DNA from: an uncultured Clostridia bacterium | Lineage (GTDB): Bacteria; Bacillota; Clostridia; Oscillospirales; CAG-272 | Direction: 5' to 3' | DNA: 64,000 nucleotides | NCBI GenBank assembly: GCA_904501765.1 | Contig: CAJGCM010000001.1 | Coordinates: 7,257-71,256 of the forward strand | Shown: piece by piece, positions 16,152 to 25,165 of the stretch | Numbering within the stretch: position 1 is the stretch's first letter | Layout: each line of letters begins with the position of its first letter | The notes under the pieces: model-generated | What the model was told of the DNA's origin: nothing | Databases searched by the model: none | Seen by the model: the letters and a program-made list of their open reading frames with translations, nothing else | Made by a program: the position numbers and the translations under genes

Positions 16152-18917
16152 TTAATAAAACTGCTCGCCGGTAGCGAGATCGGTATAAACCAACTTGGGA
16201 TGTCTCTCTTTGCCAAATATAATCCTGGTGGTTAAACTGTTAGTCGTATCATTCACCGTCATACCTGCTAGATCTGCTAGAATCTGTCTCGCGGTCCAAT
16301 CGCCTTGCAAATGGTCGAACACCTTTTCCGTGGCGAGCACATCTGCGTCGCAGTAATGAGCAACTTTTTCCCACATTTCCTCAGGAACAGGCTCGTCCCA
16401 CGGTAACCCAAGCTCCTCATGGTGAATGCCGAGATCGATCTCCCATTTTTTAAGGCTCTTCTTATTAGCAGCAGATGCAAAATCATAAACGTCGGTGTAT
16501 GAAAGATTATATGCCTGACCAAACAGGTGTTTATTTCCTTCGCCCTTAGGAGCATTTACGATGTTTTGAGACAAATTATACAGCTGCTCGTTTGAATATC
16601 CTAGGAGACACGCGTACAGCATGTGATTGTCGTACCGCCTGCAGTTATACCCGATCAGTCGATATTTGATTAATTCCTCAATATCTTTCGGCTTCGGATT
16701 GATCATTCGGACCACTGGCTTACCCTCGCCCTGATACTTCCAGTTAATCAAGAATAGATTGGGAAAGACCTCGCAGTCGAAAAATACGATCGGAACTTCT
16801 CCGCTTCCATCGTGAGCGTCACTCGGTTCCTCCGATTTAAACTTCATCTCGCTAACCTTTTTGATACAGTAGTCCGCCTGGTTGGTACTGTTAGCCGCAA
16901 ACGCAAATACGGCGTTCTTCATGTCACTAACGTCGTAGCACAAACCGCTATTGTACGCATCTTCAAGGTTGTTGTAAATGAAGTCAATGGAGCATCTAGT
17001 CGAACCGTATTCCTTAGCGAGATTACGTCTGAGAAGAGTACGTAGCATCTTCTCGTTCTTAATCCCCTCAAAATTTATCACTTTTCCATCTCCTTTCAAC
17101 GGTAAGCCAGAGCTTATCGTTGCGATAGGGACGGAGTTACACTTAGTCAACATGCGCCTCAATGAGCTCTTACCGGTGAATACCTTTATTTCAATGTTCT
17201 CGTTATCATCAAATATACGACTGAGCTTAGTAACGTCTCCGGTATAAATATAATGCAGGTGAATACCGGCTCCGCTCTTACTCAATTCCGCATACGTAGC
17301 GGGCCACTTGCTAGCCTCTTCCAGGTTCAGCTTGAACGATTTCTTGCCAGACTCGTCCTTCAAGTCAAAGTCTATGACAATATGATTCTCAGGAACTTTA
17401 ACGTAATGTAGCTTACGAGTGTCTAGCTGTGACAGCGTTGCTGTAACCTTCTCCCACTTCTTCGTAGGAGTTTCCTTAGAGCTAGCGTACTGAGCGAAGC
17501 ACCCAGCACACTCCTTATCAAATATCGACTCTGCAGCATCGAACTCGATAAGGTGTCGCTTAGGCGCTTCTTCCTCAGCTTTTGTTGTGACTCTCGCTCG
17601 ACTTTCCTGTGTCGCATCCTCAAATTTATCGAGTCTGAAGCCACGGTAATAGCTGCGCAGTCTATTTCCGTCTTCAGTCGCGAATCTCTCGTTGAACTCC
17701 TTGAAGTAGTTTTTAAGCTCCTCTTTGAAAGTTCTCTGAGAGAAAGGATACGATACCTTAGCCTCGTCAACGTACGTCTTATACATCTCCCAAGCGGCTT
17801 TCAGCGTAGTGCCGTCTTCCCGTCTGAACACATGATAGGAATCCAGAACGTAGTTATAGAAATCGTTCGTAGCGCCCATCATGCCGGTAGGAACATAGGA
17901 ATCATACGCACCCGGGTCAGCCAAATACACCTCACGACAATGGTGGGCAATGGCACCCAGTTCGAACTCAACCTGCTTGGTTGCCTTCTTATACTCACGA
18001 ATACCCAACTTTTTGCCTGACGGTGATACGTCTATCAATCGTCTCAGCAAACCGGATTTACCATCAGTGATTTTGACCGGCTTATTAGTACCCATGAATA
18101 AGAAACAGTTAAACTTGGCGTTATACAGACCCTTGAACTTTTCGTTGATAGGCATCGTCTCGTGAGATACCAGACTGTTAAGCCTCGTATTATCCTCGAT
18201 TCTAGACAAGTCGCCGTCATGCTGAATAGCAACAAGAGGATTGGTCTTGAACGACTCGAGCGCAAAGGCGTTGTTACTAGAACCGAGGGCCTTGGCATCA
18301 AACACAGTATGATAACCCTCGAAAAGCTGTTGGATAACATTCAGGATGGTTGATTTACCGGTACCTGCTTCGCCGTAAAACACCATAAACTTTTGAATCT
18401 TTTTTGAATCACCAGTTACGATCGCACCGATAGCCCACTCGATCTTATGCCGCTCCTCTTCGGTATACAGAGTGGAAATCAGCTTGTCCCAAGCTTCGAT
18501 ACTACCTTTCTCAAGAGGGTAATTCAGTCTCTTACTGGCAAAATCTTTTTTGTTAGTCTCGGTGTTTGAGAATATAAGCTTTTCGTCCAACGCCGTAAAA
18601 TTATCTCGACATTGTCTCTGACAATACTTATGCCAAACATCGATCATTCCCGACTCAGCATCCCACATATATAGCGGTTTGACTGTATCGTTGAATTGTC
18701 CCTTATGTTCCTCGATGTATCTGTTAACCTCACGGTCGATAAGATTGATCACGTCTTGCTCGTCCGTAGACCACAGACCACGGTCCTCGACCCACACCGC
18801 ATAAAAGTCACCGCCTCGAATCATAAGATCCTCAGACCGGTTCATTTTGAACTTGGGATACACTTCTACCGTGCCGCGCTTTGTGGTTCTCGTGGCAATA
18901 GTAAAGAAGTCAAGCAT
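16152..18917 (-). CDS. Fusion protein: D5/P4-type primase-helicase ATPase + prim-pol-like domain + family-B 3'-5' exonuclease domain
   Basis: P-loop FYGEAGTGKST. Prim-pol-like IVIDFD ... SGAGIHLHYIY. ExoI FFDCEVF, ExoII GYNCRRYDNHML, ExoIII HYCDADVLAT at the C-terminus. Confidence 0.8.
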   Translation of the reverse strand: MLDFFTIATRTTKRGTVEVYPKFKMNRSEDLMIRGGDFYAVWVEDRGLWSTDEQDVINLIDREVNRYIEEHKGQFNDTVKPLYMWDAESGMIDVWHKYCQRQCRDNFTALDEKLIFSNTETNKKDFASKRLNYPLEKGSIEAWDKLISTLYTEEERHKIEWAIGAIVTGDSKKIQKFMVFYGEAGTGKSTILNVIQQLFEGYHTVFDAKALGSSNNAFALESFKTNPLVAIQHDGDLSRIEDNTRLNSLVSHETMPINEKFKGLYNAKFNCFLFMGTNKPVKITDGKSGLLRRLIDVSPSGKKLGIREYKKATKQVEFELGAIAHHCREVYLADPGAYDSYVPTGMMGATNDFYNYVLDSYHVFRREDGTTLKAAWEMYKTYVDEAKVSYPFSQRTFKEELKNYFKEFNERFATEDGNRLRSYYRGFRLDKFEDATQESRARVTTKAEEEAPKRHLIEFDAAESIFDKECAGCFAQYASSKETPTKKWEKVTATLSQLDTRKLHYVKVPENHIVIDFDLKDESGKKSFKLNLEEASKWPATYAELSKSGAGIHLHYIYTGDVTKLSRIFDDNENIEIKVFTGKSSLRRMLTKCNSVPIATISSGLPLKGDGKVINFEGIKNEKMLRTLLRRNLAKEYGSTRCSIDFIYNNLEDAYNSGLCYDVSDMKNAVFAFAANSTNQADYCIKKVSEMKFKSEEPSDAHDGSGEVPIVFFDCEVFPNLFLINWKYQGEGKPVVRMINPKPKDIEELIKYRLIGYNCRRYDNHMLYACLLGYSNEQLYNLSQNIVNAPKGEGNKHLFGQAYNLSYTDVYDFASAANKKSLKKWEIDLGIHHEELGLPWDEPVPEEMWEKVAHYCDADVLATEKVFDHLQGDWTARQILADLAGMTVNDTTNSLTTRIIFGKERHPKLVYTDLATGEQFY

Positions 18918-18945
18918 TACATTCTGGCACCTCCTTCCCCAAATA

Positions 18946-19491
18946 TCACATAATGCTTCCTAAGTACCAGCTGAGCTGGCACCAAATCTCGACTTTTCGC
19001 ATGTCGTACTTACAATCGCTAATTGTGAATAGACCACCGCTACCGTCGGGTTCGTAATCTCTATTTAAAAACCGCGCAACGATCGTATCTACCTGTTGCC
19101 TATCGAAGTCCTGATCGGTCATCGGAGTAAGACCCAAACTATGAATCATGCTCCAGAACCACTGACCGGTCCGATTACCGATGCGCTCGTCGTCCATAAT
19201 GGTTTCTTCACAGCGAATCGCGAGGGCCACCATCATCTCGAATACGCTACAGGGACCCTGTAAACAATCCTGCAAGGACATATCATCCATAACTAAGGAA
19301 TATCTACGTCTGAGTTGGATACCGTCGCTAGCTCGATTGTCGTCGTGAGGCACAAACCAAGTAAATTCGATATCATGAAGACGGTTTAACAACATCCAAT
19401 ATGATCTGACGTTAGAGAATCGATTACCGTCGATCAACTCGCACAGCCATAGGAAATATACATGCTTAATACGCTCTTCAGACGTCATCAA
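18946..19491 (-). CDS. Hypothetical protein (181 aa)
   Basis: In-train ORF. Overlaps the upstream gene by 4 nt. No motif recognised. Confidence 0.55.
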   Translation of the reverse strand: MMTSEERIKHVYFLWLCELIDGNRFSNVRSYWMLLNRLHDIEFTWFVPHDDNRASDGIQLRRRYSLVMDDMSLQDCLQGPCSVFEMMVALAIRCEETIMDDERIGNRTGQWFWSMIHSLGLTPMTDQDFDRQQVDTIVARFLNRDYEPDGSGGLFTISDCKYDMRKVEIWCQLSWYLGSIM

Positions 19492-20105
19492 TCATTCACC
19501 CGTCCGGGGCCAGCGCTTCGTGCCTCTTCGTACGTACGGTAATCTCTCAGGATCTGAAAATCAATTCCCAAGAAATCGTTACGAACAAACACAGCATCTT
19601 CCTCGTACTCACCGAAGGTGTTCAATGCATCAGGTCCGAGCAACTCCTCGGCGTCCTCAACGATATTGTAATTATCGTCTTCGAGGAATCCATCGGCATA
19701 ATAAGTTAATTCGATCTGGTGATAGCCATCAAGTTCACCAAAATCGTACGGACTGATTACTTTGGGTTCATTTGCCATATTTCTCGCCCCTCCTTTCTCA
19801 TTAGTATATTTTTCTACAATACGAAAATACTCGACCATATCCTCGTTATCATCCTCATCGAGGTTCTCGAGTTCATCCCAGTTGATCTGCTTAGGGCGCT
19901 CTACCAGATCTTCTTCATCATCGACCTCGGGTTCTGTGGGTTCGCCAGAGGAAGTCACGTCGCTCTCCGCGAACGCCTCTTTCACAGACTCGATTTCTTC
20001 AGCAATGATTCGGTCATACCGAGACTTCACGACCTTCCATGTTACTGCGGAGCCGATAGCGGCCCCTGCAGCGAACACGAGTACGTTAATAATCTTCGAG
20101 TTCAT
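19488..20105 (-). CDS. Membrane-anchored acidic hypothetical protein
   Basis: Trimmed to ATG 20105 (MNSKIINVLVFAAGAAIGSAV...) after GGAGGATGAGGA. N-terminal TM, then a very acidic region. Confidence 0.55.
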   Translation of the reverse strand: MNSKIINVLVFAAGAAIGSAVTWKVVKSRYDRIIAEEIESVKEAFAESDVTSSGEPTEPEVDDEEDLVERPKQINWDELENLDEDDNEDMVEYFRIVEKYTNEKGGARNMANEPKVISPYDFGELDGYHQIELTYYADGFLEDDNYNIVEDAEELLGPDALNTFGEYEEDAVFVRNDFLGIDFQILRDYRTYEEARSAGPGRVND

Positions 20106-20271
20106 TATTATCCTCATCCTCCTTAATATCGGTTTTTAGTGTCATGACGGTTAGTGCTAGTCCGCCAAACAGAAGAGAGACGCTTATCAACGCGCCTCCC
20201 ATTATGTGTCTTTTACTTCTAGTCCCCAATGTCTTTTCTAGCATCGCAACGATATAGTCGAGTCTCTCCAT
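20086..20271 (-). CDS. Small membrane protein (61 aa)
   Basis: Trimmed to ATG 20271 (MERLDYIVAML...). One TM (GGALISVSLLFGGLALTVM). Confidence 0.4.
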   Translation of the reverse strand: MERLDYIVAMLEKTLGTRSKRHIMGGALISVSLLFGGLALTVMTLKTDIKEDEDNNELEDY

Positions 20272-20417
20272 GTTAAAGACTCGCTTCGCTGGATAGCAAA
20301 ACAAGACCACATACGAAGCTGATCCCTGCCATTGCCGCTAGAGTATATGATACAGTAGTCGGTCTTACTTTTGTTTTAACATTCATCGATCATACCCCGT
20401 TCCTATTTTGATTTTGA

Positions 20418-20657
20418 CTAAGCGGAAGCTGTAATGCGTGGATCGGAAACATCCTTACGAAAGTATAGAACGTCACCGATCTTAGTGCCATCTAACATCC
20501 TGCAGTCGTACCACGCTTTAACAGTTGCGGTACCGACATTAAACTTAACGGCAGCCTCTTCGATAGTCATGAAGCCGACGAAGAATGCGCCGTCAAGAAC
20601 CACAGTGTCTTCGAGATTGTTCTGTAGAATATACAGGATTAATTCCTTACCGGTCAT
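20418..20657 (-). CDS. Small helix-turn-helix DNA-binding protein
   Basis: MTIEEAAVKFNVGTATVKAWYDCRML resembles an excisionase/MerR-type HTH. Confidence 0.5.
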   Translation of the reverse strand: MTGKELILYILQNNLEDTVVLDGAFFVGFMTIEEAAVKFNVGTATVKAWYDCRMLDGTKIGDVLYFRKDVSDPRITASA

Positions 20658-20686
20658 ACACTACCCTCCTTTCAAAGGTCTAGTGG

Positions 20687-21646
20687 TTACAGGCTATAGA
20701 GAATATCTCCGTCGACATTAAACGTCAGCCATACAGCATTCTCCAGGCCAGCTGTGAATTTGCGGTTAGTAGCAACGTTCATGTTCTGAATACCAAAATC
20801 AACATAGCCATCACCACGTTCGCTATCGTAGACCCAGCCGACAGCCTGACCCATACGGCATTCGGGAAGACCCAATTCCTTTAGAACGTAATTCAGGAAT
20901 AAGCGTCCATCGGACTTGAGCTTCTCGTTCATCCAGTTCTGCTGCTGGACAAGGAAGAACTTATTCTTTTCATGATCAGGCATCCAGGCACTGGACGTAT
21001 CCTTACTGAACGCAAAGGTATACGGACTCATAGCGTCAGCGGGATTGCCGACTTCCACAGTCTTCTTAACGATAGACTCAGTGCCGTCCTCATTCACCAC
21101 AACCTCTTCCACTTCCTGAGCCTTGATGTCGTACAGAAGCTCCTTGTCAAGCTGCTCGCTAAAGCGCTCTACCACACGACCACGATACTTCTTGAAACCA
21201 GTGTCAACCGCGGTGTAAGCAGCTGCCAGAGCCAGATTACGCTTACGAGTGATGTTGTGACCAGCCAGGATACAAGCGATAGACGTAGCGCCAACCAAAA
21301 CAGCGGGGCCGTACAGTTTAGCCATCTTCAGCGCAGTCTGACCGTATACGATAGTCAAATCCTTCTGTGCGTCCTTAGCGGTATAAGGGACCATACCGAC
21401 CTGACCATTATCAAGATAACCCTTAACAGCGCCAGTTTCGGCGCCCTCGTGAATAATCTCAACCTTCTTCTTAGTGTCCTCAAGGACAAAATCAACCTTA
21501 GTGGTTGCCTTACAAGCCATAACGGCGCTGACGACAGTACCGACAACGCCCGTTACAACAAGGATTTCAGGACTGTGCTTCTTAAGCTGGAAACCAGCCT
21601 TATGAAAAGCACGAGACGCAGTAGTAGCCAATTCGTTGAATTTCAT
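20687..21646 (-). CDS. Membrane-associated protein, paralog family A (copy 1)
   Basis: Shares KHSPEIL-TM-AxKAT..., GATSIACI and LGL...G..GW blocks with 23198..23983 and 24241..25011. Possibly the family I recall as DUF6353 (unverified). Confidence 0.65.
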   Translation of the reverse strand: MKFNELATTASRAFHKAGFQLKKHSPEILVVTGVVGTVVSAVMACKATTKVDFVLEDTKKKVEIIHEGAETGAVKGYLDNGQVGMVPYTAKDAQKDLTIVYGQTALKMAKLYGPAVLVGATSIACILAGHNITRKRNLALAAAYTAVDTGFKKYRGRVVERFSEQLDKELLYDIKAQEVEEVVVNEDGTESIVKKTVEVGNPADAMSPYTFAFSKDTSSAWMPDHEKNKFFLVQQQNWMNEKLKSDGRLFLNYVLKELGLPECRMGQAVGWVYDSERGDGYVDFGIQNMNVATNRKFTAGLENAVWLTFNVDGDILYSL

Positions 21647-21648
21647 AA

Positions 21649-21981
21649 TCAATCATTCTCCTTTTTAGTAGTATTTTCTACGTGCCAAATCAGATGCTCC
21701 AGGTACCACTTAGCCTTGTTCAAATCCTGAAGGCCGTTCTTACCCTTCCATCGACAAATATATTTAATGACCTGGGCCGTATCGACAGCTTCGATGCCGG
21801 AGAGGCCCTCTGTGAAGGCCTCCATAACATCGATGACCTCAAGACCGGCCTTGGACTGATAGTGAGCCGGGTGGTTCACCATATCGGGCTCGGTATCGAT
21901 CAGACCGCTGACGGTGTGCTCATAGTCATCACCATAGCAAGGCTCGTGACACCCCGCATAATCGTTATATACGACGTTCAT
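21649..21981 (-). CDS. DUF3310-like phage protein
   Basis: VNHPAHYQSKAGLEVIDVMEAF ... VIKYICRWKGKNGLQDLNKAKWYLEHL matches the remembered DUF3310 pattern (NHPxHY ... KY..R...K....DL.KA.wYL). Confidence 0.65.
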   Translation of the reverse strand: MNVVYNDYAGCHEPCYGDDYEHTVSGLIDTEPDMVNHPAHYQSKAGLEVIDVMEAFTEGLSGIEAVDTAQVIKYICRWKGKNGLQDLNKAKWYLEHLIWHVENTTKKEND

Positions 21982-21993
21982 CCGCACTCCTCC

Positions 21994-22614
21994 TTAATCG
22001 ATAGGTACTGCTCTAGGCAGCTTGAGAATATAACCGTCGCGCACACGGATAACTTCTGCACGGCTCACGTCCATCCAGCCGTACTTCTGTGCTGTATACG
22101 GAGGCGTCAGAGGAGTCATCTCATACAGATCGTTCACCGTGACGATGCCGTAAGTTGCTACGATATCCTGCATCTGCTGCTTAGCACGCTCTGCAGAACC
22201 ACGGTCGGGCCAGATGATTTCATCGTAATCCGCGGCACTTCTAGGAGCGCCTACGGCGTTTTCAGAACCTCGATAGTTCACTGTGTTCTTAGAGCTGGAA
22301 TAGCTGTAATAAGGCGTCTTAGTACCGCTGTTTTTTGCCTTTCCAGTACCACCATACAGGATCATGTCAATACCGTTGGTGATAACATCATAGAAACACT
22401 TCTTGATAGCAGGAACCAACACATCCATAAAGATGTAGTTCTTTACGTTAGATGCATCTTCTGAGATAAAAATATCGGTAAACTTACGGAGCTCATTTTT
22501 CTTGGTCTTCACAGGACCTTTGACAACCTTCTGAATTCGCTTTTCTTGCGTGGCTGTCTGCTTCTGCACCTCTTTAGACTTGTGCGAATTCGGCGGATAC
22601 ATAGGCTCGCTCAT
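21994..22614 (-). CDS. Hypothetical protein (~206 aa)
   Basis: The SD GGAG abuts the first ATG (22623), so ATG 22614 is the more likely start. Basic N-terminus, C-terminal YGWMDVSRAEV...GYILKLP block. Confidence 0.55.
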   Translation of the reverse strand: MSEPMYPPNSHKSKEVQKQTATQEKRIQKVVKGPVKTKKNELRKFTDIFISEDASNVKNYIFMDVLVPAIKKCFYDVITNGIDMILYGGTGKAKNSGTKTPYYSYSSSKNTVNYRGSENAVGAPRSAADYDEIIWPDRGSAERAKQQMQDIVATYGIVTVNDLYEMTPLTPPYTAQKYGWMDVSRAEVIRVRDGYILKLPRAVPID

Positions 22615-22816
22615 TTTGCTCATCTCCTTCTAAAACAATCTTTCCGGGCAGGACGATTTTACTTCGAGGAATCCTGCCAGTCTCCATTTTGAACTGATAC
22701 GCGAGATTGCTACGGGCCTTTGCTTCGGTAGCTGCGTAGGTTTGTCCACGCCATCGTCTAGCAATTTCCCTATCGAACTCGAGAACCGGTCCATCGTAGA
22801 AATATAACGCATTCAT
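22574..22816 (-). CDS. Hypothetical protein (80 aa)
   Basis: Trimmed to ATG 22816 (MNALYFYDGPVLEF...) with GGAGGG 8 nt upstream. The 3' end overlaps the next gene by about 40 nt. Confidence 0.5.
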   Translation of the reverse strand: MNALYFYDGPVLEFDREIARRWRGQTYAATEAKARSNLAYQFKMETGRIPRSKIVLPGKIVLEGDEQNERAYVSAEFAQV

Positions 22817-22835
22817 TTTGTCATCCCTCCATAAC

Positions 22836-22871
22836 AAAAAGAAAAGAGAGAACACCCTGTTAAAGGTGCTC
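22836..22871 (-). terminator. Intrinsic terminator of the 67-aa cassette
   Basis: Minus strand: GAGCACC-tttaacag-GGTGTTC followed by TCTCTTTTCTTTTT. Confidence 0.55.
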
Positions 22872-22920
22872 CCTCTTTGGTTACCTAGTAAACTCTGCTA
22901 GGAGTTACTCGGTTGGCAGA

Positions 22921-23124
22921 TCATGCCTCGTCTTCCACGAACTCGTACTCAGACTCCTGCTGTGCCTTCTTAGCCTTGATAGCAGCGATGCCTCTCTTAA
23001 CCAGCCCGATGCCTGCAAATACTGCGGCAGTCACGCCAGCGCCGATAGCGATAGCTGCACCAGTGCTCAGATTAACACCAGCGATCTCGTCCTTAACCTC
23101 GTTCACGTTCATGATTTCTTCCAT
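22921..23124 (-). CDS. Small membrane protein (67 aa)
   Basis: TM GAAIAIGAGVTAAVFAGIGLV, acidic tail. AGGAGGAAA upstream. Confidence 0.55.
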   Translation of the reverse strand: MEEIMNVNEVKDEIAGVNLSTGAAIAIGAGVTAAVFAGIGLVKRGIAAIKAKKAQQESEYEFVEDEA

Positions 23125-23164
23125 TTTTGTTTCCTCCTAAATTAAATAAAGTTTTACGGGTAAT

Positions 23165-23196
23165 CCCCATTACAGTATGTGTATTTTTCGCGAATT
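23165..23196 (-). promoter_or_regulatory. Conserved promoter-like motif, variant -10
   Basis: Minus strand: AATTCGCGAAAAATACACATACTGTAATGGGG. Confidence 0.45.
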
Positions 23197-23197
23197 A

Positions 23198-23983
23198 TTA
23201 AAGTAGATTATACTCGGGCGGATAGTCGAAGCTGAGTACGATACACGGCCGACCCTCGTATTCGGTACCCTCTTCCGCCATCTGAGCGGACGGGTGAATC
23301 TCGATGAGATGCTTACACTTCCAACCAAGACTATCACCGGTCATAGTGGGGGATAGGCCAATTTCACTATAGAAATCGTTGAGGGATACGCCAGCATCAA
23401 ACGGATCAGTGATTATAGCCTTATTGAGATTGTTGACAGCTCGATTAATTTTCTCCAGATCGTTATAGAAATACCGAGCGGATAGCGGGTCGTAGAACAA
23501 CGTTTGTCCTTTGCCTGTTACGAACACCTCGGTATGCGAGACAGGGTTCTCTTTGACCTGTTTCTCAGCAACTTTATCGCGGACCGTTCTCTCTTTCTTT
23601 TCGCCGATAGTCTCGACAACCTTCTCCTTATACTCGCTGAACGCAGTTTCGGACAGCTTATAAGCCGTTGCTAACGCTGCATGACGACGAGCACTTACGG
23701 ATGCAGAACCGATCAGACATGCAATCGAGGTCGCACCAGTAATCGCTGCTGGTACATAACACTTCCATGTTGCCTTAACCGTCTCGATAGGAGTCAGACT
23801 GTCAGTTTCGAGTTCGTTCTTCTTATCGTCGATCAGCATCAGTGCTTTTGGAGTGGCTTTGACGGCGAGTACCGTAGTCGTGATCATACCCGTGATTCCC
23901 ATTCCCATAAGAATTTCAGGTGCGTGCTTCGACAACGATAATCGCACGTCATGTGTGAATTTTGCTAGGGCTTGCTTGCTCAT
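23198..23983 (-). CDS. Membrane-associated protein, paralog family A (copy 2)
   Basis: KHAPEILMGMGITGMITTTVLAVKATPKAL ... GATSIACLIG ... IGLSPTMTGDSLGW. Confidence 0.65.
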   Translation of the reverse strand: MSKQALAKFTHDVRLSLSKHAPEILMGMGITGMITTTVLAVKATPKALMLIDDKKNELETDSLTPIETVKATWKCYVPAAITGATSIACLIGSASVSARRHAALATAYKLSETAFSEYKEKVVETIGEKKERTVRDKVAEKQVKENPVSHTEVFVTGKGQTLFYDPLSARYFYNDLEKINRAVNNLNKAIITDPFDAGVSLNDFYSEIGLSPTMTGDSLGWKCKHLIEIHPSAQMAEEGTEYEGRPCIVLSFDYPPEYNLL

Positions 23984-24023
23984 GTGTTATCACGTCTCCT
24001 TTCAAAAATATGCTCTGGGTTAG

Positions 24024-24050
24024 AAACAAAAGAGTCCATTAGGACTCCTT
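24024..24050 (-). terminator. Intrinsic terminator
   Basis: Minus strand: GGAGTCC-taat-GGACTC-TTTTGTTTCT. Confidence 0.6.
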
Positions 24051-24194
24051 TGCTTGGTCGGCAAGTGCCTTATTCACTGCCTCGTTGATCTTAGCCTCTT
24101 GCGTCTTCTGACTTGCGATACCGGACACCACAGTCCCTGCGATGCCAAGCACCGTTCCAGCGATGCTGAGTACTTTAACAATAGGGAATTTCAT
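24039..24194 (-). CDS. Small membrane protein (51 aa)
   Basis: Own translation: MKFPIVKVLSIAGTVLGIAGTVVSGIASQKTQEAKINEAVNKALADQAKES. Promoter motif and GGAAGGAAGG directly upstream. Confidence 0.5.
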   Translation of the reverse strand: MKFPIVKVLSIAGTVLGIAGTVVSGIASQKTQEAKINEAVNKALADQAKES

Positions 24195-24203
24195 AATATT
24201 TCA

Positions 24204-24239
24204 CCTTCCTTCCATAATACTCTCTGTGTTTCTCGCGAA
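24204..24239 (-). promoter_or_regulatory. Conserved promoter-like motif (near-consensus copy)
   Basis: Minus strand: TTCGCGAGAAACACAGAGAGTATTATGGAAGGAAGG. Confidence 0.65.
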
Positions 24240-24240
24240 C

Positions 24241-25011
24241 TTAACACCAATCTTCGAAGTCTGGGTATGGATCTTGACCGAATGAGATTATGATACATTC
24301 TAGTCCATCGTCCATAACCACCTTCTCATGGTGAAAATCGATCCATGACTGCCAGTAGGCGTCCATATTAGCGCATGTATTCCATCCGAAATCGTTACCG
24401 TGATCAAGCGGCTCTAGTCCAAGCAGACTATACCACTCGTTCAGATACACACCGTCGTCCATCATTAGCGTTCGATTTACCTCATACTCTGCTTTTTGGA
24501 CATCGAATGGTCTGGCTTCGAAGTACTGATCGGAATAGTAGTCGTAATAAAGTCGTTTACCGTCTTCCGGTTCAGCCGAACTCTCGGGGTATTCCTCGTC
24601 GTACTTATCCTTCGCTATGCCAGCTCTGATTTGCATGCCTGCTTCGCTACCGTATAGTTCCTCAACCTTCTTGCGATAGTCCTTATAGCCGCTATCGAGT
24701 AGTGCGTAGGCGCTCATTAAGGATGCTTGACTGCGCTGGTTAAGAACATTAGCTCCGAATATACAGGCTAGTGTAGATACGCCTAGGATAACTGTAGGGA
24801 CGTACGCTGGACCTGCTATTTTGACTGTTTCGAGCGTAGTTAATTCATCGCCTTTTTCCTCTTTCGCTTGATCCAATAATGCTAATGCTTTTGGTGTGGC
24901 CTTAACCGCAGTCACCGTAGTCGCAACTACTCCGGCAGCCCCCACACACGTTAATATAGTTGACGAGTTCCGCTTTAAAAATAATTGTGACTTTGCTAAT
25001 AGACTGTTCAT
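24241..25011 (-). CDS. Membrane-associated protein, paralog family A (copy 3)
   Basis: Trimmed to ATG 25011. TILTCVGAAGVVATTVTAVKATPKALALL ... VSTLACIFG ... LGLEPLDHGNDFGW. Confidence 0.65.
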   Translation of the reverse strand: MNSLLAKSQLFLKRNSSTILTCVGAAGVVATTVTAVKATPKALALLDQAKEEKGDELTTLETVKIAGPAYVPTVILGVSTLACIFGANVLNQRSQASLMSAYALLDSGYKDYRKKVEELYGSEAGMQIRAGIAKDKYDEEYPESSAEPEDGKRLYYDYYSDQYFEARPFDVQKAEYEVNRTLMMDDGVYLNEWYSLLGLEPLDHGNDFGWNTCANMDAYWQSWIDFHHEKVVMDDGLECIIISFGQDPYPDFEDWC

Positions 25012-25100
25012 TTCCATCCTCACCTTTCGGGGTTTGTAAAAAGCAAAGAGAAGTTGTCAGTTTTTACACCGACAAACAACAGATTTTACTCTGAAGCTTA

Positions 25101-25136
25101 CCTTCTCATAATAGCCGTTGTATTTCTCGCGAATCG
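25101..25136 (-). promoter_or_regulatory. Conserved promoter-like motif
   Basis: Minus strand: CGATTCGCGAGAAATACAACGGCTATTATGAGAAGG. About 90 nt of leader precede ATG 25011. Confidence 0.6.
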
Positions 25137-25165
25137 AAAAAGAAGGAGTCCGTGTTAGGGACTCA
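25134..25165 (-). terminator. Intrinsic terminator
   Basis: Minus strand: GAGTCCC-taacac-GGACTCC-TTCTTTTTCG. Confidence 0.6.

Noticed and set aside
17423-18340. Internal minus and plus ORFs (17423..17770, 18044..18340, 17553..18020 and others) inside the primase-helicase gene.
   Set aside because: They are out-of-frame ORFs fully nested in a 921-aa gene with clear motifs.
20273-20386. 37-codon ORF (MNVKTKVRPTTVSYTLAAMAGISFVCGLVLLSSEASL) upstream of 20086..20271.
   Set aside because: It has only a weak SD and no promoter motif. It is plausible as a small membrane peptide but the support is too thin to list as a feature.
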